Shown here: piece after piece, positions 1 to 8,256 of the stretch
Layout of the letters: each line of letters starts with the position of its first letter
Numbering within the stretch: the stretch's first letter is position 1
Notes under the pieces: generated by a model
Told to the model about the DNA's origin: nothing
Database searches by the model: none
Seen by the model: only the letters and a program-made list of their open reading frames with translations
Program-made: the position numbers and the translations under genes
From: an uncultured Ignavibacteriaceae bacterium
GTDB lineage: Bacteria > Bacteroidota > Ignavibacteria > UBA10030
NCBI GenBank assembly: GCA_964602055.1
Contig: CAZRPU010000004.1
Coordinates: 12,902 to 76,901 of the forward strand
Reading direction: 5' to 3'
DNA length: 64,000 nt

Positions 1-608
1 GTTACGGCAGCCTCGACATGCTTCCACGGGATGCTTCTCTGATCCTTCCCCTGGGCGCACTCGCTTATACGCCCGATTTTTCCTTTCGGCATTTGCAGGA
101 GCTCAAGCCATGGGAGTCTCTTGAGGAGGATGGCGTGCGGATCACGGCCGTCCCCGTACAGCATTTCAGCGGCCGCTATGGGTTTGACATTCTCTGGATG
201 AAGAAAAAGGGTTATACGGGCTATGTTGTCGAGTACCAGGGCATTACGGTTTTCTTCGGAGGCGATACCGGCTACCATCCCGAACTCTTTAAAGAGATCG
301 GTAGGAAGTTTAACATCGATCTCGCTCTCCTCCCCATTGGCCCGATCGAACCTCGCGATTTCATGGAGCGGAATCATGTTGATCCGCTGCAAGCCTTGCT
401 GATTTTCGAGGATGTCGGAGCCCGCATCATGATCCCCATGCATCACCGAACGCTGGACCAGGGGTTCGACCCGAGTCCGACGTACGCCATCGAACAACTT
501 CAGTCCCTCGCTGACGCCCGGGGCCTCGCGGAACGAATCATATCGCTCGAAATCGGAGAACAAAGAATTCTTTCGGGGGCAACATCCTCCCGGCTTTCCC
601 TCCCGTAA
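1..608 (+). CDS. MBL-fold metallo-hydrolase, C-terminal part (5' end lies outside the window)
   Basis: The frame is open from base 3. The translation (VPVQHFSGRYG, GYVVEYQGITVFFGGDTGY, IMIPMHH) resembles the C-terminal half of beta-lactamase-fold hydrolases. The N-terminal HxHxDH motif is missing, consistent with truncation at the window edge. Confidence 0.6.
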   Translation, partial: YGSLDMLPRDASLILPLGALAYTPDFSFRHLQELKPWESLEEDGVRITAVPVQHFSGRYGFDILWMKKKGYTGYVVEYQGITVFFGGDTGYHPELFKEIGRKFNIDLALLPIGPIEPRDFMERNHVDPLQALLIFEDVGARIMIPMHHRTLDQGFDPSPTYAIEQLQSLADARGLAERIISLEIGEQRILSGATSSRLSLP

Positions 609-684
609 GGTTGCTTGATTCTCAGGGGGAGATTCTTGATATTGCTCCGCGCCGCGTCGCCCACTACTTCCTCAGAGGAATCTT

Positions 685-1974
685 GTGAACTTCCGAATAA
701 TTCTTGCCCTATTGCTCTTCACGGTGCCAGCCGTTCGCTCAGCCGGACAAGTCACAGCCATCAAATGCGGCCGTCTCATCGACGGAAAATCGGACAAACC
801 GCTCGAGAACGCAGTCATTCTTGTGGAAGGGAGCATCATCACGGAGGTCGGGCGCGGGATCGCCATTCCACCTGGTGCAGCGGTGATCGACCTTTCCACA
901 GCGACTGTTCTCCCCGGCCTCATCGACAGTCATACCCATGTCCTGCTGCAGGGTGATATTACGGTAGAAGACTATGCGCAACAAATCCTGAAAGAGTCCA
1001 TTCCCTACAGAACGCTCAGGGCGAGTCTTGCGTGCAAAACTGCCTTGATGAACGGGTTTACAAGCATCAGAGATCTCGAAACCGAGGGTGCGATGTACGC
1101 CGATGTCGACCTCAAGAAAGCGATTAACAACGGAGTCATCGAAGGACCCCGCATGTGGGTTGCGACACGCGCGATCAGCACGACCGGCCGCTACCTGCTC
1201 AGCAATTCGGCCTACGCGTGGGAGCTCCACATGCCCAAGGGAGTGCAGGAAATCACGGGGGCAGATGAGGCACGGCGGGCCGTGCGCGAGCAGATTTCGT
1301 ATGGCGCCGACTGGATCAAGATTTACGCCGACGGGAACTATTATCAACTGCCTGACGGGACATTTCGGAGCATTCAGAATTTCTCCGCTGAGGAAATCAC
1401 GGCGATCGGGGAGCAGACGCGCGCGTTGCGAAAAAAGCTCTCTGCACACGCTGTTACCCGCGACGGTGTCTTGTATGCCATCAGGGCCGGGGCTCACTCC
1501 ATCGAACACGGGAATGCGCTGGATGATGAATGCATCAACCTGATGGTGAAGGAAGGGGTTTTCTGGTGCCCGACCATTTATGTGCAGGTTTGGGTTGCCG
1601 AAGGACGGGCTGCGGAGGGAAACGCCATGTTCAAGATTATGCTGGACCAGTTTCCGAAAGTTTTCAACAAAGCGCTCAAGGCGGGAGTGAAGATTGCTTT
1701 TGGTACGGACGTGGGCGGATTTGCATGGACGGAAAACCAGGCGAAGGAGTTTTCTTATATGGTCAAGTGGGGAATGACGCCCATGCAGGCGGTGAAGTCA
1801 GCCACATCGGTCGGAGCCGAGCTGCTCGGCATGAGTGGAAAGATCGGAGAGATTTCGAAAGGCGCTTTCGCGGATATCGTCGCAACAAGGGAAAATCCCC
1901 TGGACGACATTTCGGCGCTTGAGCGAATCGGCTTTGTCATGAAAAATGGAAAAATCTACAAACGCACACTCTGA
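685..1974 (+). CDS. Secreted amidohydrolase-family metal-dependent hydrolase (imidazolonepropionase / Xaa-Pro dipeptidase-like)
   Basis: 429-aa ORF with a GTG start and a signal peptide (MNFRIILALLLFTVPAVRSAGQ). It has the LPGLIDSHTHV metal-binding HxH motif and a C-terminal GTD...ADIV pattern typical of the amidohydrolase superfamily. Confidence 0.75.
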   Translation: MNFRIILALLLFTVPAVRSAGQVTAIKCGRLIDGKSDKPLENAVILVEGSIITEVGRGIAIPPGAAVIDLSTATVLPGLIDSHTHVLLQGDITVEDYAQQILKESIPYRTLRASLACKTALMNGFTSIRDLETEGAMYADVDLKKAINNGVIEGPRMWVATRAISTTGRYLLSNSAYAWELHMPKGVQEITGADEARRAVREQISYGADWIKIYADGNYYQLPDGTFRSIQNFSAEEITAIGEQTRALRKKLSAHAVTRDGVLYAIRAGAHSIEHGNALDDECINLMVKEGVFWCPTIYVQVWVAEGRAAEGNAMFKIMLDQFPKVFNKALKAGVKIAFGTDVGGFAWTENQAKEFSYMVKWGMTPMQAVKSATSVGAELLGMSGKIGEISKGAFADIVATRENPLDDISALERIGFVMKNGKIYKRTL

Positions 1975-2380
1975 GACCGTGGAACAGTCCTTTACACGAT
2001 CCATCAAAGCTCTCGACGGCGTCTTTGATTTTACGAATGAATTCGCCATCGTTCACCGGATTAACGACAAGGTCCGGTACGTTCTCGATTTTGCAGTCGA
2101 GGAATTCTTCACCAATATGGTAAAATATAATCCTACCGGGAATGGGAACATCCAGATGAGAATGAGTGTGAACGAGAATGAGATTATCGTTCACCTTGTT
2201 GACCCCGATTCAGGGCATTTTGACGTCACGAAGGATCGTGGTCTTGAGCTTCACAAATCTCTCTCGGAGAGGAAAGTAGGGGGACTTGGGGTTTTTCTTG
2301 TTCAAAAGCTCGTGGAGAATCTCCACTATCATCACCAGAATCGGATCAGCACAATTTCGTTTCGACTACCTCGGGAGTAA
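1946..2380 (+). CDS. Anti-sigma regulatory factor, RsbW/SpoIIAB-like HATPase serine kinase
   Basis: 144 aa with an N-box-like EEFFTNMVKYN and a G-box GGLGVFLVQKLVENL. It lies immediately upstream of a STAS gene. The start could instead be the GTG at 1979, which would remove the 29-nt overlap with the upstream gene. Confidence 0.7.
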   Translation: MEKSTNAHSETVEQSFTRSIKALDGVFDFTNEFAIVHRINDKVRYVLDFAVEEFFTNMVKYNPTGNGNIQMRMSVNENEIIVHLVDPDSGHFDVTKDRGLELHKSLSERKVGGLGVFLVQKLVENLHYHHQNRISTISFRLPRE

Positions 2381-2382
2381 GT

Positions 2383-2667
2383 ATGTTTGACATACGGATT
2401 AACGATCAGGGCGATGTTATTCTTTCAGGCAGACTGGACGCGGCACAGACTGAAAAGGCTTCCGAAGTGCTTAACAAGATCACAAAATCCGCTATGGTGG
2501 ATTTTAAAGATCTTCAATATATCTCCAGCGCAGGCCTCGGCGTTTTGCTTGCCACACAGAAGCGCCTGAGCCAGTCGGGAAATCGCCTCAAACTCATCAA
2601 TCTGAGCAGCCACATCAGAGATGTCTTTCATTTTGCTCGATTTGATATGATCTTCGAAATCCAATAA
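2383..2667 (+). CDS. STAS-domain anti-sigma-factor antagonist (RsbV/SpoIIAA-like)
   Basis: 94 aa with DLQYISSAGLGVLLA, which matches the SpoIIAA phosphorylatable-serine motif (DxxxxxSSGLGxL). The start is 3 nt after the kinase stop codon. Confidence 0.75.
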   Translation: MFDIRINDQGDVILSGRLDAAQTEKASEVLNKITKSAMVDFKDLQYISSAGLGVLLATQKRLSQSGNRLKLINLSSHIRDVFHFARFDMIFEIQ

Positions 2668-2738
2668 TCCGATTCGGCATCGAAATCCCCCTGAATACCC
2701 CTTTCATTTTCCAATTTTTGGGAATTTTGCCGGTTTTC

Positions 2739-2768
2739 TTGATTTCTTCCTCATAATCGTTGTACCTT
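2739..2768 (+). promoter_or_regulatory. Possible sigma70-type promoter of the ECF sigma operon (TTGATT-N18-TACCTT)
   Basis: Hexamers are read directly from the 143-nt gap upstream of the sigma gene. The -10 is weak and there is no experimental support. Confidence 0.25.
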
Positions 2769-2810
2769 GCACTCCCCGTCCTCCAACTTTTGAGGTTCTA
2801 GACTGTAGTT

Positions 2811-3356
2811 ATGTCACATGAGCAGGATGCTCTTCTTGTACGCCAGTGCCTTGACGGAAACCAGGGAGCTTTTGAGACCCTGATTGACCGCTATCAACGG
2901 CCGATCTACAATCTGGCGCTCCGATATGCAGCAAACAGGGAAGACGCAGAGGACATTGTTCAGACAGTCTTCGCCAAGGTTTTCGAAAAGCTTAACACCT
3001 ATAACTCCCGACACAAGTTCTTCAGCTGGCTGTACAAGATTGCGGTCAACGAGTCGATCAATCACCTGAGCCGCAAAAGGGCGGTGGAGCAGTTCAATGA
3101 AGATCTTCATTCGGCTTCAAACGCTCCGGATGAACCGAAACAAGACCATGAACTTACCAGAAAAATCGATAACGCCTTGTTGGAACTAAAGCCTGAATTC
3201 CGAATCATTGTCATTCTTAACCATTTCCAGGATTTGACGTACCGTGAGATCGGATACATTCTCGACATTCACGAGAATAAGGTGAAGTCCCGTCTGTTTT
3301 CTGCGCGCAAGAAACTTCGAAGCATCCTGATGAGAAAAGGGATCTCCCATGCTTGA
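2811..3356 (+). CDS. ECF-type RNA polymerase sigma-70 family factor
   Basis: 181 aa. Region 2 is present (YQRPIYNLALRYAANREDAEDIVQTVFAKVFEKL), as is a region 4 helix-turn-helix (LTYREIGYILDIHENKVKSRLFSARKKLR). Confidence 0.9.
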   Translation: MSHEQDALLVRQCLDGNQGAFETLIDRYQRPIYNLALRYAANREDAEDIVQTVFAKVFEKLNTYNSRHKFFSWLYKIAVNESINHLSRKRAVEQFNEDLHSASNAPDEPKQDHELTRKIDNALLELKPEFRIIVILNHFQDLTYREIGYILDIHENKVKSRLFSARKKLRSILMRKGISHA

Positions 3357-4119
3357 GAAGAAAGTGCTGGACCTGCTGAATCAGGAATTGGATAACGCCA
3401 ATACTGAGAAAGAATCGGCCTCGATCCGGAAGATTCTGCAAAAGAAGCCCGAGGCAAAGAAGTATTACGACGATTTGCGGGAAATGTCCCTCATGTTCCG
3501 GCGTATCAAGGATGTACCGGCTCCCGCACATTTGAAGGAGCGCATCCTCAGGGCTCTTCCTCTGCCGGAGCCTCTGCGAGCGGCAAGACCTTCTCCTTTC
3601 AAGACTTTCCTTCGCGACTTTACAGCCAATACTCAATACCGTCTTGCTCTGACCTTTGCCGGAGGTGTTGTCGCGGGAATTCTGCTGTTCGTCGTTTTTT
3701 CGAGTCCGCCCGCCGACAGCACGAATCTCATGGGGACGATGGCTTCCAATCAGCCGGTGGTGCTCGCCGAGGCGAAAGCGGATATCAGTCTGGATGGCGC
3801 GGTCGGTGTCATCCAGGCAAAGCGCTTCAAGTCAACGATCGTGGCCGAGATTAACCTCCAGACTTCCAAGGAAGTCGATGTGGTGATAAATTACGACCAC
3901 CAGCAGATGAAGTTCCGAACATTCGAGCCGATCGGAGATGCCGAAGGAACCTTGGTGGTTCTCGAGGGGCAATTAAGGCTCTCCGTCTCAGGCCTGCAGA
4001 AGTATGAATTGAGTTTTACCGACGTCCCTGAATCAGTCCCGATGATCACGGCGAGGTTGTTTGATCGCGGGATTCTCCTGACCGAATACAATCTCTCATT
4101 CGAACAAAAAACGAATTAA
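3349..4119 (+). CDS. Putative membrane-spanning anti-sigma factor (no zinc-finger HxxxCxxC motif)
   Basis: It overlaps the sigma gene by 8 nt. It has a roughly 100-aa N-terminal cytoplasmic helical segment, one TM helix (LALTFAGGVVAGILLFVVF) and a roughly 130-aa extracytoplasmic domain. The assignment rests on position and topology only. Confidence 0.6.
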   Translation: MLEKKVLDLLNQELDNANTEKESASIRKILQKKPEAKKYYDDLREMSLMFRRIKDVPAPAHLKERILRALPLPEPLRAARPSPFKTFLRDFTANTQYRLALTFAGGVVAGILLFVVFSSPPADSTNLMGTMASNQPVVLAEAKADISLDGAVGVIQAKRFKSTIVAEINLQTSKEVDVVINYDHQQMKFRTFEPIGDAEGTLVVLEGQLRLSVSGLQKYELSFTDVPESVPMITARLFDRGILLTEYNLSFEQKTN

Positions 4120-4153
4120 TAGTTCTTCATTCATTCACTATCAGGGAGCGGAT

Positions 4154-5143
4154 ATGACAACCAACCCCAATTCCATTTTAAGCGGTCGCAAGGGATTTTT
4201 GACCATTGGCGGGATCGCCGTGGCTGTCATTGCGATTGTGTATTTCGCGTTCTTCTATCCTCCGGTGAGCACCGATGAGGCGCAGGGGACCATTGGCGGC
4301 ATTCAGAAGGCCGAGAAATACCGCGCAGAGCAAATGCAGTCGAAGGACCTGGCGCTGAAGAACCCGGAAATCCAGACCTTCCTGCAGAGCGAGGCTTATC
4401 ATAAGATCACCACGAATGCCGAGCTGCGGGCCGCTCTGAACAGCGCCGAAGTTCAGGCTGCGTTGAGCAACGCCGAGGTCCAGGCAATGCTTTCCAATGC
4501 AGAGGTTCAGGCAGCACTCTCGAATGCTGAAGTTCAGGCAGCGCTTGCAAGTTCCTCCGTGCAGGCAGCTCTGGCCAGCGGCGAACTCCGTGCCTCGCTC
4601 GCGAATGCCGACTTACGGGCGTTACTGGCGAATGCCGACTTGCGTGCTGCTTTGAAGAGCGCCGATCTCCGCGCAGCCCTCGCAAATGCCGAACTCGCTG
4701 CCGCGTTAAGCAGCGCCGAGGTCAGGGCTGCTTTAGCGAACAGCGAACTGCGGGCAGCGTTGAAGAACGCCAGTCTCAGAGCCCTGTTAAAGGATGCGTC
4801 CCTCCGGGCCGCCTTGAAGAGTGCCGAAGTACAGGCAGCCCTTTCAAGTGCCGACCTCCGCGCCGCTCTTGCCACTTCGGGCGTCCAGGCCGCATTAGCG
4901 AGTGCCGAACTGCGTGCAGCTCTGGCAAATGCTGACCTGCGGGCCATGCTCGCGAATGCCGAAATGCGCGCTGCTCTGGCAAATGCCGAGCTCCGCGCCG
5001 CACTTGCGAGTTCAGAGATGCGTGCATTGCTCTCCAACGCTGAAATGCGCGCCATGCTCTCGAATGCCGATCTGCGGGCAATGTTGTTCAACGCAGATCT
5101 GCGCGCGATGCTGACAAGCGCTGAGGTCCGAAGCGCCGACTGA
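4154..5143 (+). CDS. Single-pass membrane protein with 26-27 tandem nonapeptide repeats (function unknown)
   Basis: GGGAG lies 7 nt upstream of the ATG. There is an N-terminal TM helix (FLTIGGIAVAVIAIVYFAFFY). Residues 88-329 are 9-residue units with consensus [NS]A[ED][LVM][RQ]A[AM]L[AS]. A strong terminator follows the gene. Confidence 0.8.
   Translation: MTTNPNSILSGRKGFLTIGGIAVAVIAIVYFAFFYPPVSTDEAQGTIGGIQKAEKYRAEQMQSKDLALKNPEIQTFLQSEAYHKITTNAELRAALNSAEVQAALSNAEVQAMLSNAEVQAALSNAEVQAALASSSVQAALASGELRASLANADLRALLANADLRAALKSADLRAALANAELAAALSSAEVRAALANSELRAALKNASLRALLKDASLRAALKSAEVQAALSSADLRAALATSGVQAALASAELRAALANADLRAMLANAEMRAALANAELRAALASSEMRALLSNAEMRAMLSNADLRAMLFNADLRAMLTSAEVRSAD
4415..5140 (+). 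repeat. In-frame 27-nt tandem repeat array (26 full units plus one truncated unit)
   Basis: Example units are NAELRAALN, SAEVQAALS, NAEVQAMLS ... NADLRAMLT, SAEVRSAD. The array has no indels. Nucleotide copies differ mainly at synonymous positions. Confidence 0.95.
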
Positions 5144-5168
5144 AGTCGATTCTGTTTTCGCTCCGATC

Positions 5169-5207
5169 GAGGAGATGCTGCTGAACAAGCGCATCTCCTC
5201 TTTTTTT
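5169..5207 (+). terminator. Rho-independent terminator of the sigma/anti-sigma/repeat-protein operon
   Basis: GAGGAGATGC-loop-GCATCTCCTC forms a 10-bp perfect stem and is followed by TTTTTTT. It lies 26 nt after the stop codon. Confidence 0.75.
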
Positions 5208-5310
5208 CTCTCCCATCCCTCCGCGTCACCCTTGCTTTTGAGCGCAAGAATTGGCATTCTCCCTTCCGGTTTCAATACGTTCCACACACGATTCTTGCGA
5301 GGCAGACCGT

Positions 5311-8256
5311 ATGCGATTGTACCACCGCTCTCTTCTGGGGGCAGCATTCCTGCTTGCCGCAACTCACCTCTCGCCCGCTCAATTCTATACGCTTCAGACC
5401 AAAACCCTTCGACTGGTCTATTACAGCAAAGCCCATGAGTTCCTTGTGCCTCACGTTGCCCGCTGCTACGAAAATGCCTTCCGGTTTCACAGCAAGCTCT
5501 TCAATTACACCCCATCGGAAAAGGTAACGCTGATTCTGCAGGACTTCGGCGATTACGCTGGGGGCGGCGCCAACACGGTCCCGTTTAACCTCATCGGCAT
5601 CGGTGTTGCACCGTTCAGTTACGCCTATGAAACCATGCCCCCGATTGAACGCTTCAACATGATGATGAACCATGAACTGGTCCATGTCGTTACCACGGAC
5701 AAGGCTTCGCCGAGCGATCGCTTTTGGAGATCCGTGTTCTTCGGAAAAGTAGCCCCCGTCCCCGAAGCCCCTTTGTCTGCCTGGTACTCGTACCTGACGA
5801 CCCCGCGTTGGAATTCTCCTCGGTGGTTTATTGAGGGCATCGCTGTCTTCCTTGAAACGTGGATGGGAGGAGGGCTCGGCCGAGCCCTCGGCGCATACGA
5901 TGAGATGGTATTTCGAACCATGGTGCGGGACAGTGCCTACTTTTATGACGTCGTGGGACTCGAATCGGAAGGAACCAAGGTCGATTTCCAGGTGGGTGCA
6001 AATTCGTATCTCTATGGTACCAGGTTCCTTTCCTGGCTGGCCCTGGAATACGGGCCGGAGAAATTGATGGAGTGGTTCAATCAAACGGAAGAGAGCGACG
6101 GATACTTTTCCGTCGACTTCAAGAGAGTCTTCGGTCGTCCCCTCGATGACGCATGGTCTGCATGGATTGCTTTTGAACACGAGTGGCAAAAGGAGAATCT
6201 TGATTCATTGCGCCGCTATCCTGTGACGCGCTTCCGGCCGATAACTTCCGTTGCACTCGGTTCTGTTTCCCGATCCTATTATGACACTGTTTCGGGAAAA
6301 ATCTATGCGGCCATCAACTACCCCGGTCAAACGGCGCATCTTGCAGAAATCGACATTGCCACGGGCGCCCTTCGAAAGCTCACCGATGTTCGGGGATCAG
6401 CCCTCTTTTATGTCACTTCTCTTGCCTACGACCCTGCTTCCCGGACTCTGTTCTATACCACCGACAACAATCACTGGCGGGATATCGTCTCCTTCGACCT
6501 TCGAACGGGAACGACGAAAATGCTCATGAAGGATTTCCGCGCGGGCGATCTTGCCTTTTGCCCCGCAGATAAGTCTCTTTGGGCTGTCCGTCATCTGAAC
6601 GGCATCTCAACGCTGGTCAAGATACCCTTTCCGTATACCGACTGGAAACAACTCCGCTCCTTCGAGTATGGCACCGACTTCTTCGATATCGATGTCTCCC
6701 CGGACGGCAAACATGTCACTGGCGCCCTTGTCGAGGTCGACGGCAGACAGCGGCTCATTCGCCTCGAGACCGACAGGCTTCTCAATGGTGAGAAGAACCA
6801 GGAAGTCCTCTTTGATTTTGAGAACAGCTCACCGGCAAATTTCGTGTATTCCTCCGACGGCCGTTTTCTCTTCGGCACATCCTACTACAGCGGCGTCTCC
6901 AACGTGGTGCGCTACGATTTTGCACGGAGTGCCATGGAATGGGTAACGAACGTTGAATCGGGATTCTTCCGCGTTGTTCCTTTTTCCTCCGACTCTCTCA
7001 TCGCTTTTCATTTCACGGGAAGAGGATTTGTCCCCGTTATCCTTCCCAACGGAACGGTCAACAATATCAACGCCATCCGCTATCTCGGACAGGCTGTTGT
7101 TGAGCGGCACCCTCAGCTGCGCTCATGGACTTTGCCGCCCCCTTCCCCTTCAACCATAAACATTGATTCCCTGACGATCTCGACGGAAGAATATAGCGGA
7201 TTCAACATCATGCGGGTTGCGTCTGTTTACCCTGTTGTCGAAGGATTCAAGGTGTTTCCCGCTTACGGGTTGCGAATGAATCTATCTGATCCCATCCTCC
7301 TTCATTCTATCGACCTCACCGCAACGTATACGCCCAACAAGTTGCTTCCCGCATCTGAACGCGTGCATGCCGCATTCAACTACAAGATCTGGAACTGGAA
7401 ATTGAGCGGATCATATAACGGTGCGGACTTTTACGATCTTTTTGGCCCGACAAAGACCAGCCGGAAGGGTTATTCGCTGTCGCTCCAGTACCACGATTTT
7501 CTTCTTTTCGATGAGCCCGAGATTCTGGAGTACCATGTGAAGGCGGGGGGATTCGCCGGGCTTGAGCGGCTGCCCGACTTCCAAAACGTGGCGACGTCGT
7601 TCGACCGTTTCTATTCGCTGAACGCGCGCCTCACCTATCACAATCTTGCGAAGTCTCTCGGCGCTGTAGACGACGAGACGGGATCGGTGGGCGAGTTGAT
7701 TTCACATACCAACCTGGTCAACAAACAAGGGTTTCCGCGCGTCCATATGAATGCTGCCACCGGTTTCCTCTTGCCGCTCAATCACTCCAGCATCTGGCTG
7801 CGCGGATCCGCGGGCTATTCGTTTGGCAACAGGACTTCTCCCTTCTCGAACTTCTATTTCGGCGGATTCGGAAACAACTGGGTTGATATTGGAGAGATCC
7901 GACGCTACCGCGAGGACGAGAGCTTTCCCGGATTGGAAATCAACCAAATCGGCGGGATCAACTATGTCAAAGCCATGCTCGAATGGGATCTTCCCCCGAT
8001 CCGTTTCCGGCGATTCGGTGTTCAGTCGCTCTATTGCACCTGGAGCCGTCTTGCGCTCTTCACATCGGCCCTTGGCACGAACCTCGATGACTCCGCTTCC
8101 AGGCGCTCCGCCGCCATGGCAGGAGGTCAACTTGATTTCCGGCTTGTGATTTTTTCTACTTTCGAATCCACCTTTTCGGTCGGTTATGCCGCGGCAGCCG
8201 AAAAACATCAGCGGCTATCCCATGAGTTGATGGTTTCTTTGAAAATTCTCAAATGA
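5311..8256 (+). CDS. Large secreted protein: N-terminal HExxH (gluzincin-like) domain, PD40/TolB-like beta-propeller repeats, C-terminal beta-rich domain (possible outer-membrane barrel)
   Basis: The start was chosen at the ATG at 5311, which gives the signal peptide MRLYHRSLLGAAFLLAATHLSPAQ. Motifs include MMMNHELVHV with a downstream WFIEGIAVFLE, PD40-like DVSPDGKHV and FVYSSDGRFLF, and alternating hydrophobic strands in the last 300 aa or so. Confidence 0.55.
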   Translation: MRLYHRSLLGAAFLLAATHLSPAQFYTLQTKTLRLVYYSKAHEFLVPHVARCYENAFRFHSKLFNYTPSEKVTLILQDFGDYAGGGANTVPFNLIGIGVAPFSYAYETMPPIERFNMMMNHELVHVVTTDKASPSDRFWRSVFFGKVAPVPEAPLSAWYSYLTTPRWNSPRWFIEGIAVFLETWMGGGLGRALGAYDEMVFRTMVRDSAYFYDVVGLESEGTKVDFQVGANSYLYGTRFLSWLALEYGPEKLMEWFNQTEESDGYFSVDFKRVFGRPLDDAWSAWIAFEHEWQKENLDSLRRYPVTRFRPITSVALGSVSRSYYDTVSGKIYAAINYPGQTAHLAEIDIATGALRKLTDVRGSALFYVTSLAYDPASRTLFYTTDNNHWRDIVSFDLRTGTTKMLMKDFRAGDLAFCPADKSLWAVRHLNGISTLVKIPFPYTDWKQLRSFEYGTDFFDIDVSPDGKHVTGALVEVDGRQRLIRLETDRLLNGEKNQEVLFDFENSSPANFVYSSDGRFLFGTSYYSGVSNVVRYDFARSAMEWVTNVESGFFRVVPFSSDSLIAFHFTGRGFVPVILPNGTVNNINAIRYLGQAVVERHPQLRSWTLPPPSPSTINIDSLTISTEEYSGFNIMRVASVYPVVEGFKVFPAYGLRMNLSDPILLHSIDLTATYTPNKLLPASERVHAAFNYKIWNWKLSGSYNGADFYDLFGPTKTSRKGYSLSLQYHDFLLFDEPEILEYHVKAGGFAGLERLPDFQNVATSFDRFYSLNARLTYHNLAKSLGAVDDETGSVGELISHTNLVNKQGFPRVHMNAATGFLLPLNHSSIWLRGSAGYSFGNRTSPFSNFYFGGFGNNWVDIGEIRRYREDESFPGLEINQIGGINYVKAMLEWDLPPIRFRRFGVQSLYCTWSRLALFTSALGTNLDDSASRRSAAMAGGQLDFRLVIFSTFESTFSVGYAAAAEKHQRLSHELMVSLKILK

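Noticed and set aside
4415-5140. The 27-nt periodicity could superficially suggest a CRISPR-like or minisatellite array.
   Set aside because: There are no unique spacers between units. The units are contiguous, in frame and diverged at synonymous sites. No cas genes are present. It is a coding repeat.
4534-5247. A 237-codon minus-strand ORF with its own repeat pattern (ARRSAF...) opposite the nonapeptide-repeat gene.
   Set aside because: It is a mirror image of the + strand repeat. The + strand frame has a ribosome-binding site, a TM anchor, operon context and a downstream terminator, and the minus frame has none of these.
5251-5310. N-terminal extensions in the ORF track. Examples are 5251, 12955, 15580, 18761, 21127, 21984, 22925, 23659, 40992, 48456, 50308, 58792 and 60053, plus the 5' ends of the minus-strand ORFs 30684, 32016, 35647, 45142 and 48518.
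   Set aside because: The extensions overlap upstream genes or encode sequence unlike real protein. Internal ATG or GTG codons give canonical signal peptides or family-typical N-termini, so the downstream starts were used.
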